The notes: generated by a model not told the origin, from the sequence alone. Counted from the first letter of the stretch, positions 31,392-42,060 are shown. The stretch is 64,000 nucleotides of DNA from an uncultured Phycisphaerales bacterium (GCA_963758525.1 CAVWVQ010000005.1:192001-256000), one strand, 5' to 3'. Made by a program: numbers and translations.

Positions 31392-31602
31392 GATCGCAAA
31401 ATCTGCAATCGCCACAAATAAAAGTTACACCCTGTCCGGTCCCCGGGGTTAGCCGCGACGCGCAGCGGAGCGCGTATTCGAGCGTCAGAGGCCTGGTTGA
31501 TGATCTGCCCTCCCATGACTCATGCTCTCGCATTTTCATTCCGCTCCACATCGCTAACATGTGCCAGCCGCGCAAGCCGCCCGTGTTACGGAGAAAAGCT
31601 TC

Positions 31603-33416
31603 ATGCGAATCACCTATGCGGGACTCAGCAGTCCCGGGCCGGTCCGCCAAAATAACGAAGACAGTCTTGCCTTCTGGCAGCCGATCATGGATGACGACTG
31701 GCGGCACCGGGGCGCGCTGATCGTCTTGGCAGACGGCGTGGGCGGACATGGAAAGGGAGAGGTCGCAAGCGCACTGGCCTGCCAGAAAAGCGTGGACACG
31801 TTTACGTCCTCATCCTCGGGGACGCCGCCCGCCCAGTTGCTGGATCAGATGTTCACCGCCGCGAACATTGCGGTGTACGACACGGGCATGGTGCAGCGCG
31901 ATGAAGCCCGGCGGATGATGACGACGCTCACCATCAGCCTGTTCCGCAACAATGAGATCAGCATCGGGCACGTCGGCGACTGCCGCGCGTTTGTCATTCA
32001 GCAGGGTCGCATCCGCCGAATCACCAACGATCATTCCTACACGGGAGTGCAGGTGAAACTCGGGCTGATCACGGTGCAGGACGCCGCGTCGAGCCAGTTG
32101 CGATCGGTTCTGACGCGGACGGTGGGGCAGGATCCGTTCGTCCGCCTCGACTATCACACGGTCACGGTCACGCAGGGGGATTACCTGGTCCAATGCACCG
32201 ACGGGCTATGGTGCTTCGTGACCGATGGTGAAATCTACGATCTGGTGACCAAGAGACCGCCCGAGCAGGCGTGCAAGGAATTGATAGAGCTTGCTGTCCG
32301 GCGCGGCGGCGATGATAACCTCACCATTCAAATCGTCCGCGTCGAGAGCGTCGAGCGGCTGAGCTACTACCGGGGACTTCCTACTTATTCGAAGGTCGAG
32401 AGTGCGGTTATGGGACATGATCTGGAACCCGGGCAGGTTCTCGATGATCGCTTCGAGATCACCGACCTGGTCGCCAAGAGCGGCATGGCATCCATCTTCC
32501 GTGCGACCGACCGAAAAACCGGGCGCGTGGTGGCGCTCAAGGTGCCGTTCATGCATCTGGAGAGCGACCCGGGATTCTTTTCCCGCTTCCAGCGTGAAGC
32601 GGAGATCGGCAAGCGGCTGGACCATCCGTACATTCTCAAATTTGAAACCGACGGCGACGAATCGCGCAGCCGTCCCTACATCGTGATGGAATATCTGGAG
32701 GGCCAGACGCTGGGGCATCTGATGCGCAGTGTCCGCCCGATGCCCACGACCGACGCGCTGCGCATCGCCAGCCGGGTGTGCGAGGCGCTTCACTATATGC
32801 ACGAGCACGAAGTCGTGCATCGCGATCTGAAGCCGGAAAACATCATGATCTGCAATGACGGAAGCATCCGCATCATGGACTTTGGGATCGCCAAATACGA
32901 AGGAATGCGCCGCCTGACCTTCGGCGGCTTTACGCCCGCGATGGGAACGCCCGACTACATGGCCCCCGAGCAGGTCAAGGGGCGCCGCGGCGATCAGCGG
33001 ACCGACATTTACAGCCTGGGGGCGATTCTCTACGAGATGGTCACCGGCTCAGTGCCCTTTGAGGGCGCCAACCCGTTCATCATCATGAACGCGCGATTGA
33101 GCGGCGACCCGATCGCGCCGCGCATGCGCAACCCGGAGCTGAGCCCGCAGGTCGAGGAGATCATTCTCCACGCGATGGCGCCAATCCGCACGACCGCTAT
33201 CACTCTGCCATGGAGATGAAGAACGATCTCGATGCCCCCGATCAGGTGCAGGTCACCGGCCGAGCCCAGCGACTGCAGACGCCTAAGCTGTGGCGCACCC
33301 GCTGGCGCCAATTTCGGGTGTTCATCATTACCCTGGGAATTCCCGCCATCGGCCTCGGCGGTTATTTTATCGTGAAGGCGATTCACTACATCGCCGGGCA
33401 TCTCCACTGGCAGTAG
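31603..33416 (+). CDS. Bifunctional PP2C phosphatase / Hanks Ser/Thr kinase with C-terminal transmembrane helix; frameshifted near 33180
   Basis: RQNNED, LADGVGG, HVGDCR, CTDGL, GGDDN; then VALK, HRDLKPEN, DFG, GTPDYMAPEQ. Confidence 0.92.
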
Positions 33417-33436
33417 TTCGAAGTGATCTTGCCTTA

Positions 33437-34714
33437 CTACACCGCCATCAGAACCCGTCGATCTCCGTGTAGGGCGGGATTTATCCCGCCGCTCCCTGGC
33501 GTGTCGGTCCGGGTGAAAGCGAAGAACCGTTTCAACCGCAGAAAGTGCTTCTCGAAGAGGTGCCAGCTCACATACGCTGCGCCGAAAGTCGCCGCGATGA
33601 GGATGAGACAATTGACTGCGTCATTGGCTCGCAGAAACCGATCCGGCAACGGGTGGGCCGGAAGTCTCAGGAGTTTTTCAAGCAGGCTGCGAACGATGAA
33701 TTGCAGGACGTACATGCCGTAGCTGTATTTCCCGATGGTTCGCAGCATCGGCGATTCCAGCGCACGGCGCACCCGGTTCTCGCCGGCGGGGCGGGAGACG
33801 ATCGCAATCAGGCACGCATACGCACATGTCGCCAACGGAAGCGCCAGCAGTTGCAGGTATGGTAGGGGGGAAGTGCGATATTGCCGCAAGCCGAAAAGCA
33901 GGGCCGCGCCGCCGGAAATCAGTCCAATGAGTTTCAGGCGCGTTGCGAGAACGCCCAGATCATTTCCACCGCGAAGCGTCAGCGCCACCAGCGCTCCAGC
34001 GGCGAGCGCGTCCATCCGGCACAGCGTCAGCACGTAGGCGGCCACTGAATTGTCCGCAAAGACACAATAGATCCGGCAGATTGTCGCCAGGAATATGCAC
34101 GCGATCGAAACCCCAATCGCCTGTCGCCTGCTGCAAAAGCAAATGACCGCCGGCCACAGCAGATAGAAATGCTCTTCCACAGCGAGCGACCAGTAGATGC
34201 CAAACCATCCGCGCGGCACTTCGTGAAATAATGAATGGCGGACGTTTGAAAGATACAGCCACCACCACCAGGTGTGACCGGTCGGAAGCTCGCTGCGGAA
34301 CAGTCCAAGCCTGGGAACAACCAGTGTGCCGACGAATAGAATTCCGTAGTAGAGCGGGAAGATGCGCAGTGCGCGGCGGGCATAGAAGTTTCGGAAATAA
34401 TGGGCCGAGCCCCTGGCGTCGAGCAGAATGCCGGTGATCAGAAAGCCTGACAGAACAAAAAACAGATCGACGCCCGAGCAGCCGAACGTCCAGAGGTTGT
34501 TGATGAGGTTTCCCGCAAGCGATGCCGTCGGCCGCGGCGGCATAAAGTGAAACAGGAGCACCATCAGGATCGCAATTCCCCGCAGTCCATCGAGCGACTT
34601 GATATGCCCGCCGGGCTCGCTGCGCCGCAGTCGCTGCCCGGATGCAATAATCGATGGACGAGGAATTGTTGCTACGCCGCGGAGCTGGATGTCAGACATG
34701 CTAGTCGGCGTCAT
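33437..34714 (-). CDS. Acyltransferase family 3 (OafA/OatA-like)
   Basis: LDGLRGIA, GVDLFFVLSGFLI, RRALRIFP, WSLAVEEHFY, SYGMY. Confidence 0.92.
   Translation of the reverse strand: MTPTSMSDIQLRGVATIPRPSIIASGQRLRRSEPGGHIKSLDGLRGIAILMVLLFHFMPPRPTASLAGNLINNLWTFGCSGVDLFFVLSGFLITGILLDARGSAHYFRNFYARRALRIFPLYYGILFVGTLVVPRLGLFRSELPTGHTWWWWLYLSNVRHSLFHEVPRGWFGIYWSLAVEEHFYLLWPAVICFCSRRQAIGVSIACIFLATICRIYCVFADNSVAAYVLTLCRMDALAAGALVALTLRGGNDLGVLATRLKLIGLISGGAALLFGLRQYRTSPLPYLQLLALPLATCAYACLIAIVSRPAGENRVRRALESPMLRTIGKYSYGMYVLQFIVRSLLEKLLRLPAHPLPDRFLRANDAVNCLILIAATFGAAYVSWHLFEKHFLRLKRFFAFTRTDTPGSGGINPALHGDRRVLMAV
33469..33490 (+). repeat. Single GTAG-type REP
   Basis: GTAGGGCGGGATTTATCCCGCC, one mismatch to the 31324 copy. 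Confidence 0.85.
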
Positions 34715-34837
34715 CGACCGATCAGCGCGATGACTTCACTCAAAACTCGAGCGGCTTACACGCAATAATGCATCAGCGGATTTATGCGCGAATTAGGCAA
34801 CATCGCGAGATCATATCCGGTTGGGTACAATCCAATT

Positions 34838-35425
34838 GTGCTTCGGTCATCGATCAATGAAACGCTGCTGGATCGGATGGTGCGGGCCGTGGAACAGGTC
34901 AGGGAAAGATTGCTGCGCGCCACGGCCGCCCTGGAATCGGCAGGATTGGAGTACGCTGTCGCCGGCGGCAACGCCGTGGCTGCCTGGGTTGCGACCGTGG
35001 ACGCGGCGGCGGTCCGCAATACTCAGGATGTAGGCATCCTGCTTCGACGGCGCGACCTTGAAGCGGCCGGGCGATCGCAGAACGCTGGTTTCGTTCCACG
35101 TCATGTCGCGGGGGTCGACATGTTTTTGGACGGGCCGCATGCAAGCGCGCGCGATGCCGTTCACGTCGTGCTTGCCGGCGAGAAGGTTCGGCAGGAATAC
35201 ACCGCGCCGGCGCCGGATGTGACCGAGGCGCAGAAGCTCGATCAATTCAAGGTGCTCTCGCTGGACGCGCTCGTTCGGATGAAACTGACTTCGTTCTGTC
35301 GCAAGGACCAGGTCCATCTCCAGGATATGCTCGACATCGGGCTGATTGACTCGACATGGCTTGCGCGTCTGCCCGTCGAATTGGCGCCGAGGCTGCAGCA
35401 CCTGATTGACACGCCGCAGGGCTAG
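34838..35425 (+). CDS. Stand-alone nucleotidyltransferase-family protein
   Basis: YAVAGGNAV...RNTQDV.IL...LVRMKL..F..KDQVHL; GTG start 6 nt after TACAAT. Confidence 0.7.
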   Translation: MLRSSINETLLDRMVRAVEQVRERLLRATAALESAGLEYAVAGGNAVAAWVATVDAAAVRNTQDVGILLRRRDLEAAGRSQNAGFVPRHVAGVDMFLDGPHASARDAVHVVLAGEKVRQEYTAPAPDVTEAQKLDQFKVLSLDALVRMKLTSFCRKDQVHLQDMLDIGLIDSTWLARLPVELAPRLQHLIDTPQG

Positions 35426-35563
35426 AAACGCCATTTTGCAAAGCGTTGCCAGGGCATTTCTCGAGTCCTGCTGACTACATGATCTTTTAGCGAGCGTCGC
35501 AGACGCTTCGGCACGTTGTGGTCGAACAGAACTCTCACAGCGATCTGTCCGGTGTCGAGCATG

Positions 35564-36970
35564 TTAGAGCACTCCCGCCATTCCGGTTTCGATTGGTTGA
35601 GTGACGAACTCCCGAGGATCGGTCACATGACCGGTCAGGGCGCTGGCGGCCACGGTTAAGGGCGATGCAAGATAAACCGCGGACTTGGTGCTGCCCATCC
35701 GTCCGGGGAAATTGCGGTTGGTGGTGCTGATGCAGACCTCGGCGCTGTTGAGCCGGCCAAACGTATCGGCGGGGCCGCCGAGGCAGGCGCTGCACCCGCT
35801 GGGGCCGACCAGACAGCCGGCGTCGATCAGGATGTCTTCGATGCTCTTTTCGTTGATGTCCTTCTCGACGCCGCGGATGTTGAGGCGCTTCATGTCGGCG
35901 TGGACTTCCGTGCTGCCGGGGACGACGAAGGTTGGCAGCTTCACATGATTTCCCTTGAGGATGCTGGCGGCAAAAATCATGTCGGTGATCTTGCCGCCGG
36001 TGCAGGAGCCGATGTAGGCGCGATCGAGCTTCACATCGCGGCAGTTATGCGCCGTGTCTTTATTATCCGGAGAGTGCGGCTTGGCGACCAGCGGCTCCAT
36101 CGTGCTGAGATCCCATTCATATTCGCTGAAATATTGAGCGTTCTCGTCGTCGGCAAAGACCTCCCACGCCGGGACGTTGCTGCGATTGCGGACGTATTGC
36201 AGCGTCTTCTCGTCGACGTCGCAGACTCCATTTTTGCCGCCAGCTTCGATGGCCATGTTGGTCAGCGTCATGCGGTCTTCAAGAGTGAGAGACCCGACGC
36301 CATCGCCGGCAAAATACATCGCGCGATACGTCGCCCCATCGACTCCGATGGCGCCGATCACCGCCAGGATCAGGTCCTTGGCGGTGAGGTAGGGGGGAAT
36401 CTGGCCATGAAACGTGAACTTCATCGTGGGAGGAACTTTCAGCCAGGTTTTCCCGGTCCCGAGCACGAAAGCGGCATCGGTATTGCCGACGCCCGTGGCG
36501 AATTGTCCGAACGCTCCCGCGGTGCATGTGTGACTGTCGGTCCCCAGGAGAATCTCGCCGGGGCGGACGTGCCCCTCTTCCGGCAGAGCCTTATGGCAGA
36601 CGCCCTTGTAGTTTGTCTTGGTCGGGTCCTTATACGGATTGGGCATCCCAGGCTCGTTGCGCACGAACTCAGGATCGTAGTAATACCGCAGTCCCTGCTC
36701 GCGGGCGAAATCGCGGAGCACCTGGACGTTTCGATGGCATTTTTCGTCAGCGGTGAAGATGTAATGATCCGGAATGATCACCACCTTGTCGGGCGACCAA
36801 ACCTTGGCCTGACGACCGAATTTGTCGTGAAAAATGCCGATGGTGCCCGGGCCGCAGATGTCGTGGGTCATGAGGACATCGACGTTGACCCAGACATTTT
36901 CTCCGGGGGCAACGTGCGTCTTGCCGGAATGCTTGGCAAGGATCTTCTCGGTGGTGGTCATCGCGGCCAT
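35564..36970 (-). CDS. leuC: 3-isopropylmalate dehydratase large subunit (aconitase family)
   Basis: MTTTEKILA, GTDSHTCTAGA, IGSCTGG, CSACLG, STTNRNFPGRMG. Confidence 0.9.
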   Translation of the reverse strand: MAAMTTTEKILAKHSGKTHVAPGENVWVNVDVLMTHDICGPGTIGIFHDKFGRQAKVWSPDKVVIIPDHYIFTADEKCHRNVQVLRDFAREQGLRYYYDPEFVRNEPGMPNPYKDPTKTNYKGVCHKALPEEGHVRPGEILLGTDSHTCTAGAFGQFATGVGNTDAAFVLGTGKTWLKVPPTMKFTFHGQIPPYLTAKDLILAVIGAIGVDGATYRAMYFAGDGVGSLTLEDRMTLTNMAIEAGGKNGVCDVDEKTLQYVRNRSNVPAWEVFADDENAQYFSEYEWDLSTMEPLVAKPHSPDNKDTAHNCRDVKLDRAYIGSCTGGKITDMIFAASILKGNHVKLPTFVVPGSTEVHADMKRLNIRGVEKDINEKSIEDILIDAGCLVGPSGCSACLGGPADTFGRLNSAEVCISTTNRNFPGRMGSTKSAVYLASPLTVAASALTGHVTDPREFVTQPIETGMAGVL

Positions 36971-37110
36971 GGTTCGCTCCTGTGAACAAAAAATCGAAGT
37001 CCCTAAGTATAGCGGTTCGCGGGCGTCCTGGGCAAAGGCGTCGCAACGGACAGAGCTGCGAAAGCGCACCGCGCGGCCGATCCGCTCCAAAGGGACCGGG
37101 AAATGCAGAG

Positions 37111-37146
37111 CACGAATCGACACGAATTCGCACGAATCTTCACGAA
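37111..37146. repeat. 10-bp-period tandem repeat, 4 x CACGAA
   Basis: CACGAATCGA CACGAATTCG CACGAATCTT CACGAA. Confidence 0.8.
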
Positions 37147-37160
37147 GCAGATTATCCGGT

Positions 37161-38021
37161 TCACAGCGTCAATTCGCGATAGGTCTTCCATCGGTATCCG
37201 CTGCCGATGTTGATGGCATGGAGGTGTCCAATGCGCGCCTCGACGGGGAGATGGCTGTGGCCGCAAAAGACGGTTGTGACGTTTGGATACTGCAGCAGAA
37301 GAGCGCCGATCTTCTCGCTGCCGAGATAGGCTTTGGTGAAGTCCCACAAAGCGCGGTGGGAGGAAGGGCACAGCGACGCGAAGGGGAGATGATGAACGGC
37401 CGCGACGACCTGCTTCGCGCGGGAAACTCGGCTGAGATTTGCCGCAAGCTGTGCCAGCCGTTCCTCGAGGAATGCTTCGTCACTCATGCCGAGCTTGACG
37501 TACCGGCCGTCGTTCCAGCGAGCGACGACGTCTCTGCCGGCAGGGCTGATGTCATCCCTCTCTTGAAACAGATCGGCCATCTCAGGCAATCGCTGGGCCG
37601 CTCCCGGCGAAATCTTGCGGGCATAAAAACGTCGCGGAATTCCCAGGGAGTCGACGGCAAAGGAGTAGTCGTACCAGCCGATCGTGCCGACGATGGCAAC
37701 GTCGTCGGCAAGGAAGGGATCGGTTTCGAGCCACTTCCAGCCGAGCCCCCGCACGCGCGCCGGAAGATCTTCCATGAACAATTGGTAACTGTCGAGCCCG
37801 GCGGTCCACAATTCGTGATTACCGGCCACGAAGAGTTTCGGACCAGCGAAATGAAATCGCTCCAGACAGCGCTCCAGCGCGTCGCCGTCGGCCGCGGCGG
37901 AATCCCCGACCACCAGCAGCACGTCGCCGCCGGCGGCGTTGATTCGTTCGATCACCTCGTCGGCCAGCGGTCGGCTGTGCGCGTGGTTGTAGTGGAGATC
38001 CGCAGTGACAAGAAGACGCAT
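37161..38021 (-). CDS. Calcineurin-like metallophosphoesterase
   Basis: ADLH, VGD, AGNHE, HH, CGHSH motifs. Confidence 0.9.
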   Translation of the reverse strand: MRLLVTADLHYNHAHSRPLADEVIERINAAGGDVLLVVGDSAAADGDALERCLERFHFAGPKLFVAGNHELWTAGLDSYQLFMEDLPARVRGLGWKWLETDPFLADDVAIVGTIGWYDYSFAVDSLGIPRRFYARKISPGAAQRLPEMADLFQERDDISPAGRDVVARWNDGRYVKLGMSDEAFLEERLAQLAANLSRVSRAKQVVAAVHHLPFASLCPSSHRALWDFTKAYLGSEKIGALLLQYPNVTTVFCGHSHLPVEARIGHLHAINIGSGYRWKTYRELTL

Positions 38022-38048
38022 GAAAGAATATTAGGAGAGGCAGCGTTG

Positions 38049-38306
38049 GGGAAGGCACCAAGGGAAGGCACCAAGGGAAGGCACGAAGGCACAAAGGCAC
38101 GGAGGCACGAAGGGTAAGGAATTGAGTAATAGGAGATGGGCGATTCGAAGCGATCGAACCCCCGCAATTCGCCGGCGGTCGAGCCGTCGAGGGTCTTCGG
38201 ACAAAGACGCGAACGAAGACGAAGGAACACGATCCAAAAAACGCTGCCGCGCAGCGTCCTTCCCTTCGTGCCTTCGTGCCTTCGTGCCTCCGTGCCTCCG
38301 TGCCTC
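38049..38306. repeat. Inverted tandem arrays (GGCACRRA)n ... (TYCGTGCC)n
   Basis: Left arm 38049-38114, right arm 38262-38306, between divergent genes. Confidence 0.9.
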
Positions 38307-38340
38307 TCTCCCTCCCCGCGTTTCTGCTATAACTTGCTGC

Positions 38341-39078
38341 ATGGCGCCGTTGGTGATTGAGGGAGTCCGCAAGGAGTTTCGGCAAGGGGATCGGGGAGTC
38401 TCCGCGCTGGCGGGCGTGAGCCTGGAGGTGCAGGCGGGGCAGTTTCTTGCGGTCATGGGAGCCAGCGGATCGGGAAAGAGCACGCTGCTCCATTTGATGG
38501 CGGGGCTGACCAAAGCGGATGCCGGAAGGGTGATCGTCGACGGCACCGATCTCACGACGCTCAACGATCGCGATCTGACGCTGTTTCGCCGCCGAAAGAT
38601 CGGACTCGTTTTTCAGGCGTTTAATCTGATTCCGACGCTGTCGGCCGAGGAAAACCTGGCGCTGCCGCTGATGCTTGAGGGACGCAATGGATCGGAAAGC
38701 CGGGCCAAGGTGGACGCACTGCTCGACAGCCTGGGACTGCGCCAGCGTCGCACCCATCGGCCCGACGCGATGAGCGGCGGCGAGCAGCAGCGCGTCGCGA
38801 TCGGCAGGGCGCTGGTGACCGACCCCTCTGTGATTCTCGCCGACGAGCCGACCGGCAATCTCGACTCGGGCAACAGCAAAGCCGTCTGCGAATTGCTGCG
38901 CGATCTATCGACGGTTCAGGGCAAAACGATCGTGATGGTGACCCACGAGCCGTCGGTTGCTGCATATGCTCAGGAGGTAGCCGTGCTGAAAGATGGACTC
39001 CTGGTCGAACGATTCGCCATCGACGAAGCCGACGGAAGGCAAGGCTTGGCCGCGCGCTACCAGGAGAGTTTGAAGTGA
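38341..39078 (+). CDS. ABC transporter ATP-binding protein (LolD/MacB type)
   Basis: [31 protein letters not shown]. Confidence 0.95.
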   Translation: MAPLVIEGVRKEFRQGDRGVSALAGVSLEVQAGQFLAVMGASGSGKSTLLHLMAGLTKADAGRVIVDGTDLTTLNDRDLTLFRRRKIGLVFQAFNLIPTLSAEENLALPLMLEGRNGSESRAKVDALLDSLGLRQRRTHRPDAMSGGEQQRVAIGRALVTDPSVILADEPTGNLDSGNSKAVCELLRDLSTVQGKTIVMVTHEPSVAAYAQEVAVLKDGLLVERFAIDEADGRQGLAARYQESLK

Positions 39079-39343
39079 GCGGGGAACGCCCAAAGGCACG
39101 GAGGGACGACTGGGAAAGCACGAAGCACGGAAGGAAGCGACGATGCACGGAGTACGAAGCTTCCTCCAGGAAAGTGGAAGTGCATCAGTCGTGCGGCGCC
39201 AGGCTCGCCAACTGCGCGGCCGTAGCTTGCCCTTCGCGGAGCGAAATGAAGAACCACGTCAACCCGCACGCCCCCGCGCTTTGGGTTCTATTCCATCCCC
39301 GCGTCGCAATCGCGTCAGTCCACGGAATTTCCTCTGATTGAAA

Positions 39344-42010
39344 ATGAAGCTTCTCATTCGTCTCACGCTCGCATCGCTCAACGCCCGCCGGACCCGGGCG
39401 GTGCTCACCATCCTTGCGGTTGCGCTTTCCGTGAGCCTGGTGGTCGCGGTCACGGGAGGGTATGCATCGGCCCGGTCGGCGTTCCGAGTCTATCTGGATC
39501 GATATCTCGGGCCGATTGATATCCTCATCAGCAAGCAGAACGATCCGCGCGGCACAATCTCCGAAGACGTCGGGAACGCGCTCCGCGGCGACCCGCGCGT
39601 ACGCGGTCTGGCTGCGCGTCTGGAACTGCAGAACGGGCTGCTCAAAGACGTCGATGGGAAAGAGGAAGCCGCGAGAGTGGCGTCGATCGTCGGCATGGAT
39701 TGGCCCGGCGATCTGCTCGCAAAGAACCTGCAGATGGTTGACGGAAAATGGTTCGACGGAACGGATGGTGACTTTGTGGTGGTGGATCAGAGCACCGCCG
39801 AGCAATTGAAAGTCTCACCCGGCCAGACGCTGGTCCTGCCTGGACTCGGCAAGCGATTGACGCTGACCGTTGTCGGGGTCGTACATAAGCCGGCAATCAT
39901 CGTCGAGGGCCGGCCGGTGTTGTATGTGCCGCTCAGGACGCTGCAGCGATTCACAAACCTGCCCGGCCGGGTGAGCAGGGTGCTGGTGGCACTGGCGCGG
40001 GGAGTCGACGTCAACGCCTTTGAAAGCGAATGGACGCCGAGGCTGGAGAAAATCAGCCCGGGCGTCCGAATGAAGTCGTCGGCGGAGACGAAGAAGCAGC
40101 TCGACAGTCAGTTGGAGCTGCTCGATCTGCTCAGCTACGCCGGCGGCACCGTCTCGATGCTGACCGCGACGTTTATCGTCTTCTCCGCGCTCAGCATGGG
40201 AGTTCTCGAGCGCCAGCGCACCCTCGCGATGCTCCGGGCGGTCGGCGCGCTCAAGTCGCACGTCGCTGCTCTGGTGCTGATCGAGGGGATTCTGCTGGCG
40301 GGGGCCGGCGCGTTGATCGGCGTGCCGCTCGGACTGCTGTTCGTTTTCATTTTGACGATGACCTTCGGCGACTTTTTCGTCACGGGCGTCGTCCTCAGTT
40401 GGGGAGGAATCTTCCTGGGAGTTGGGGGATCGCTCGCGGCGGCGCTGCTGGCGAGCCTTCTGCCGGCATGGACCGCGTCCCGCGTGAGTCCGCTGGACGC
40501 GATGACCCCGCAGTCTTCTCCGCCGCGAGCGCACAGCTGGATCGCCTGCGCGGCAGCGGGCGCGATCCTCGCATCGGTCGATCCGTTCATCTTCTTTGGT
40601 CCGCTTCCGCGGATTGTGGCTGCACTGGGCGTGCAGAACCCTTTGGCCACGACGCAGACGATTCGCTTTATCGCGCATTTCGCGCTGGGTTTGCCAACGC
40701 TGCTGACGGGCCTGTTTCTCATGTCGCCGGCAATCGTCTGGCTTGTCGAACGACTTGTCGGGCGGCTCGTGGCCGGGATCTTCGGGGTGCGCTTCGCGAT
40801 GCTGCGCCAGCAACTCAGCAGCGGGATCTGGCGGGCCGCGGGAACCTGCACGGCAATGATGGTCGGCCTTGCCACGCTGATCGTGCTGCAGATTCAGGGA
40901 AACAGCGCGCTAGGCGGCTGGAAACTTCCCGACAAGTTTCCCGACATCTTCATCGCCACCAACATGCTTGGAGGCATTCCGATGGAAGAGGTCGCGAAGC
41001 TCGACGACATCGATGGTATCAAGCGCGGGCAAGTGATGCCGATTGCGATCGCAACGCCGGGCCTGGCGCACGGATTCTTCGGGCTTGCCGAGGCGATGAT
41101 CATGCCGGATGCGACCATGTTTTTCGGGATCGATCCGGATCGCGGATTCAATCTGATGGCCCTGGACTTCCGGGAAGGGAACGCCCAGGACGCGCAACGC
41201 CAGCTCAAGCAGGGCCGGCATCTGCTGGTGACGGAGGAATTTCGCAAGATCAAGGGACTGCACGTAGGCAACACGCTCATGCTCAGGACAGATCATGGGC
41301 CGCAGGACTACACCATCGCCGGCGTGATCTGGTCGCCGGGAATCGACGTGCTGGTCAGCGTGTATGACATGGGCAATGCGATGGACCAGCGCACCGCCGC
41401 CAGTGTCTTCGGCACGCTGACCGACGCGAAGCGCGACTTTGGCGTCGATCGTTATTCACTTGTCGTGGCAAATCTGCAATATGGGGCTGACAAGGCCGAC
41501 GTGCTGAAGAAAGTGCAGAAGGAATTGAAGCTGCAGGGTCTTCGCGCCGGCGACGTGCGGCCGCTGAAGTACAAGATTGAAACCGAAGCGCGTAAGATCA
41601 TCCTGATGATCAGCTCCGTTGCCTTTGCGGCAATGGGCATCGCTTCGCTGGGCGTGACGAACACGATCATGGCCAGCGTTCGCAGCCGGCGCTGGCAGTT
41701 TGGAATTCTCCGCAGCGTCGGCGTCACCCGCGGAGCGCTGTTGCGGCTGGTGATGGCTGAAGCGGCGCTGCTGGGAATCGTGGCATGCGCCATGGGCGTT
41801 GGCGCCGGTTTGCTGATGGGAATGGACGCGCATGCGCTCTCGGCGGACGTCACCGGCTACGACCCCCCAGTCAGCAGGCCTTGGGGCATTATCCTGATTG
41901 GAGTGGCCGCCGTGCTGGTCATCTCGCTGGCTGCCAGCGTGGGCCCCGCGGTGCAGGTTGCCGTCGCCGAGCCCCTGACATTGCTGCAGGCAGGAAGGTC
42001 CTCCGCGTAG
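39344..42010 (+). CDS. ABC transporter permease (duplicated MacB/FtsX type)
   Basis: Two periplasmic + FtsX repeats: ERQRTLAMLRAVGA and SRRWQFGILRSVG. Confidence 0.9.
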   Translation: MKLLIRLTLASLNARRTRAVLTILAVALSVSLVVAVTGGYASARSAFRVYLDRYLGPIDILISKQNDPRGTISEDVGNALRGDPRVRGLAARLELQNGLLKDVDGKEEAARVASIVGMDWPGDLLAKNLQMVDGKWFDGTDGDFVVVDQSTAEQLKVSPGQTLVLPGLGKRLTLTVVGVVHKPAIIVEGRPVLYVPLRTLQRFTNLPGRVSRVLVALARGVDVNAFESEWTPRLEKISPGVRMKSSAETKKQLDSQLELLDLLSYAGGTVSMLTATFIVFSALSMGVLERQRTLAMLRAVGALKSHVAALVLIEGILLAGAGALIGVPLGLLFVFILTMTFGDFFVTGVVLSWGGIFLGVGGSLAAALLASLLPAWTASRVSPLDAMTPQSSPPRAHSWIACAAAGAILASVDPFIFFGPLPRIVAALGVQNPLATTQTIRFIAHFALGLPTLLTGLFLMSPAIVWLVERLVGRLVAGIFGVRFAMLRQQLSSGIWRAAGTCTAMMVGLATLIVLQIQGNSALGGWKLPDKFPDIFIATNMLGGIPMEEVAKLDDIDGIKRGQVMPIAIATPGLAHGFFGLAEAMIMPDATMFFGIDPDRGFNLMALDFREGNAQDAQRQLKQGRHLLVTEEFRKIKGLHVGNTLMLRTDHGPQDYTIAGVIWSPGIDVLVSVYDMGNAMDQRTAASVFGTLTDAKRDFGVDRYSLVVANLQYGADKADVLKKVQKELKLQGLRAGDVRPLKYKIETEARKIILMISSVAFAAMGIASLGVTNTIMASVRSRRWQFGILRSVGVTRGALLRLVMAEAALLGIVACAMGVGAGLLMGMDAHALSADVTGYDPPVSRPWGIILIGVAAVLVISLAASVGPAVQVAVAEPLTLLQAGRSSA

Positions 42011-42060
42011 CTGCGGGTGAACGCCTCTGGAATGAATTTGTTGAATGCTTGCGTAACATA

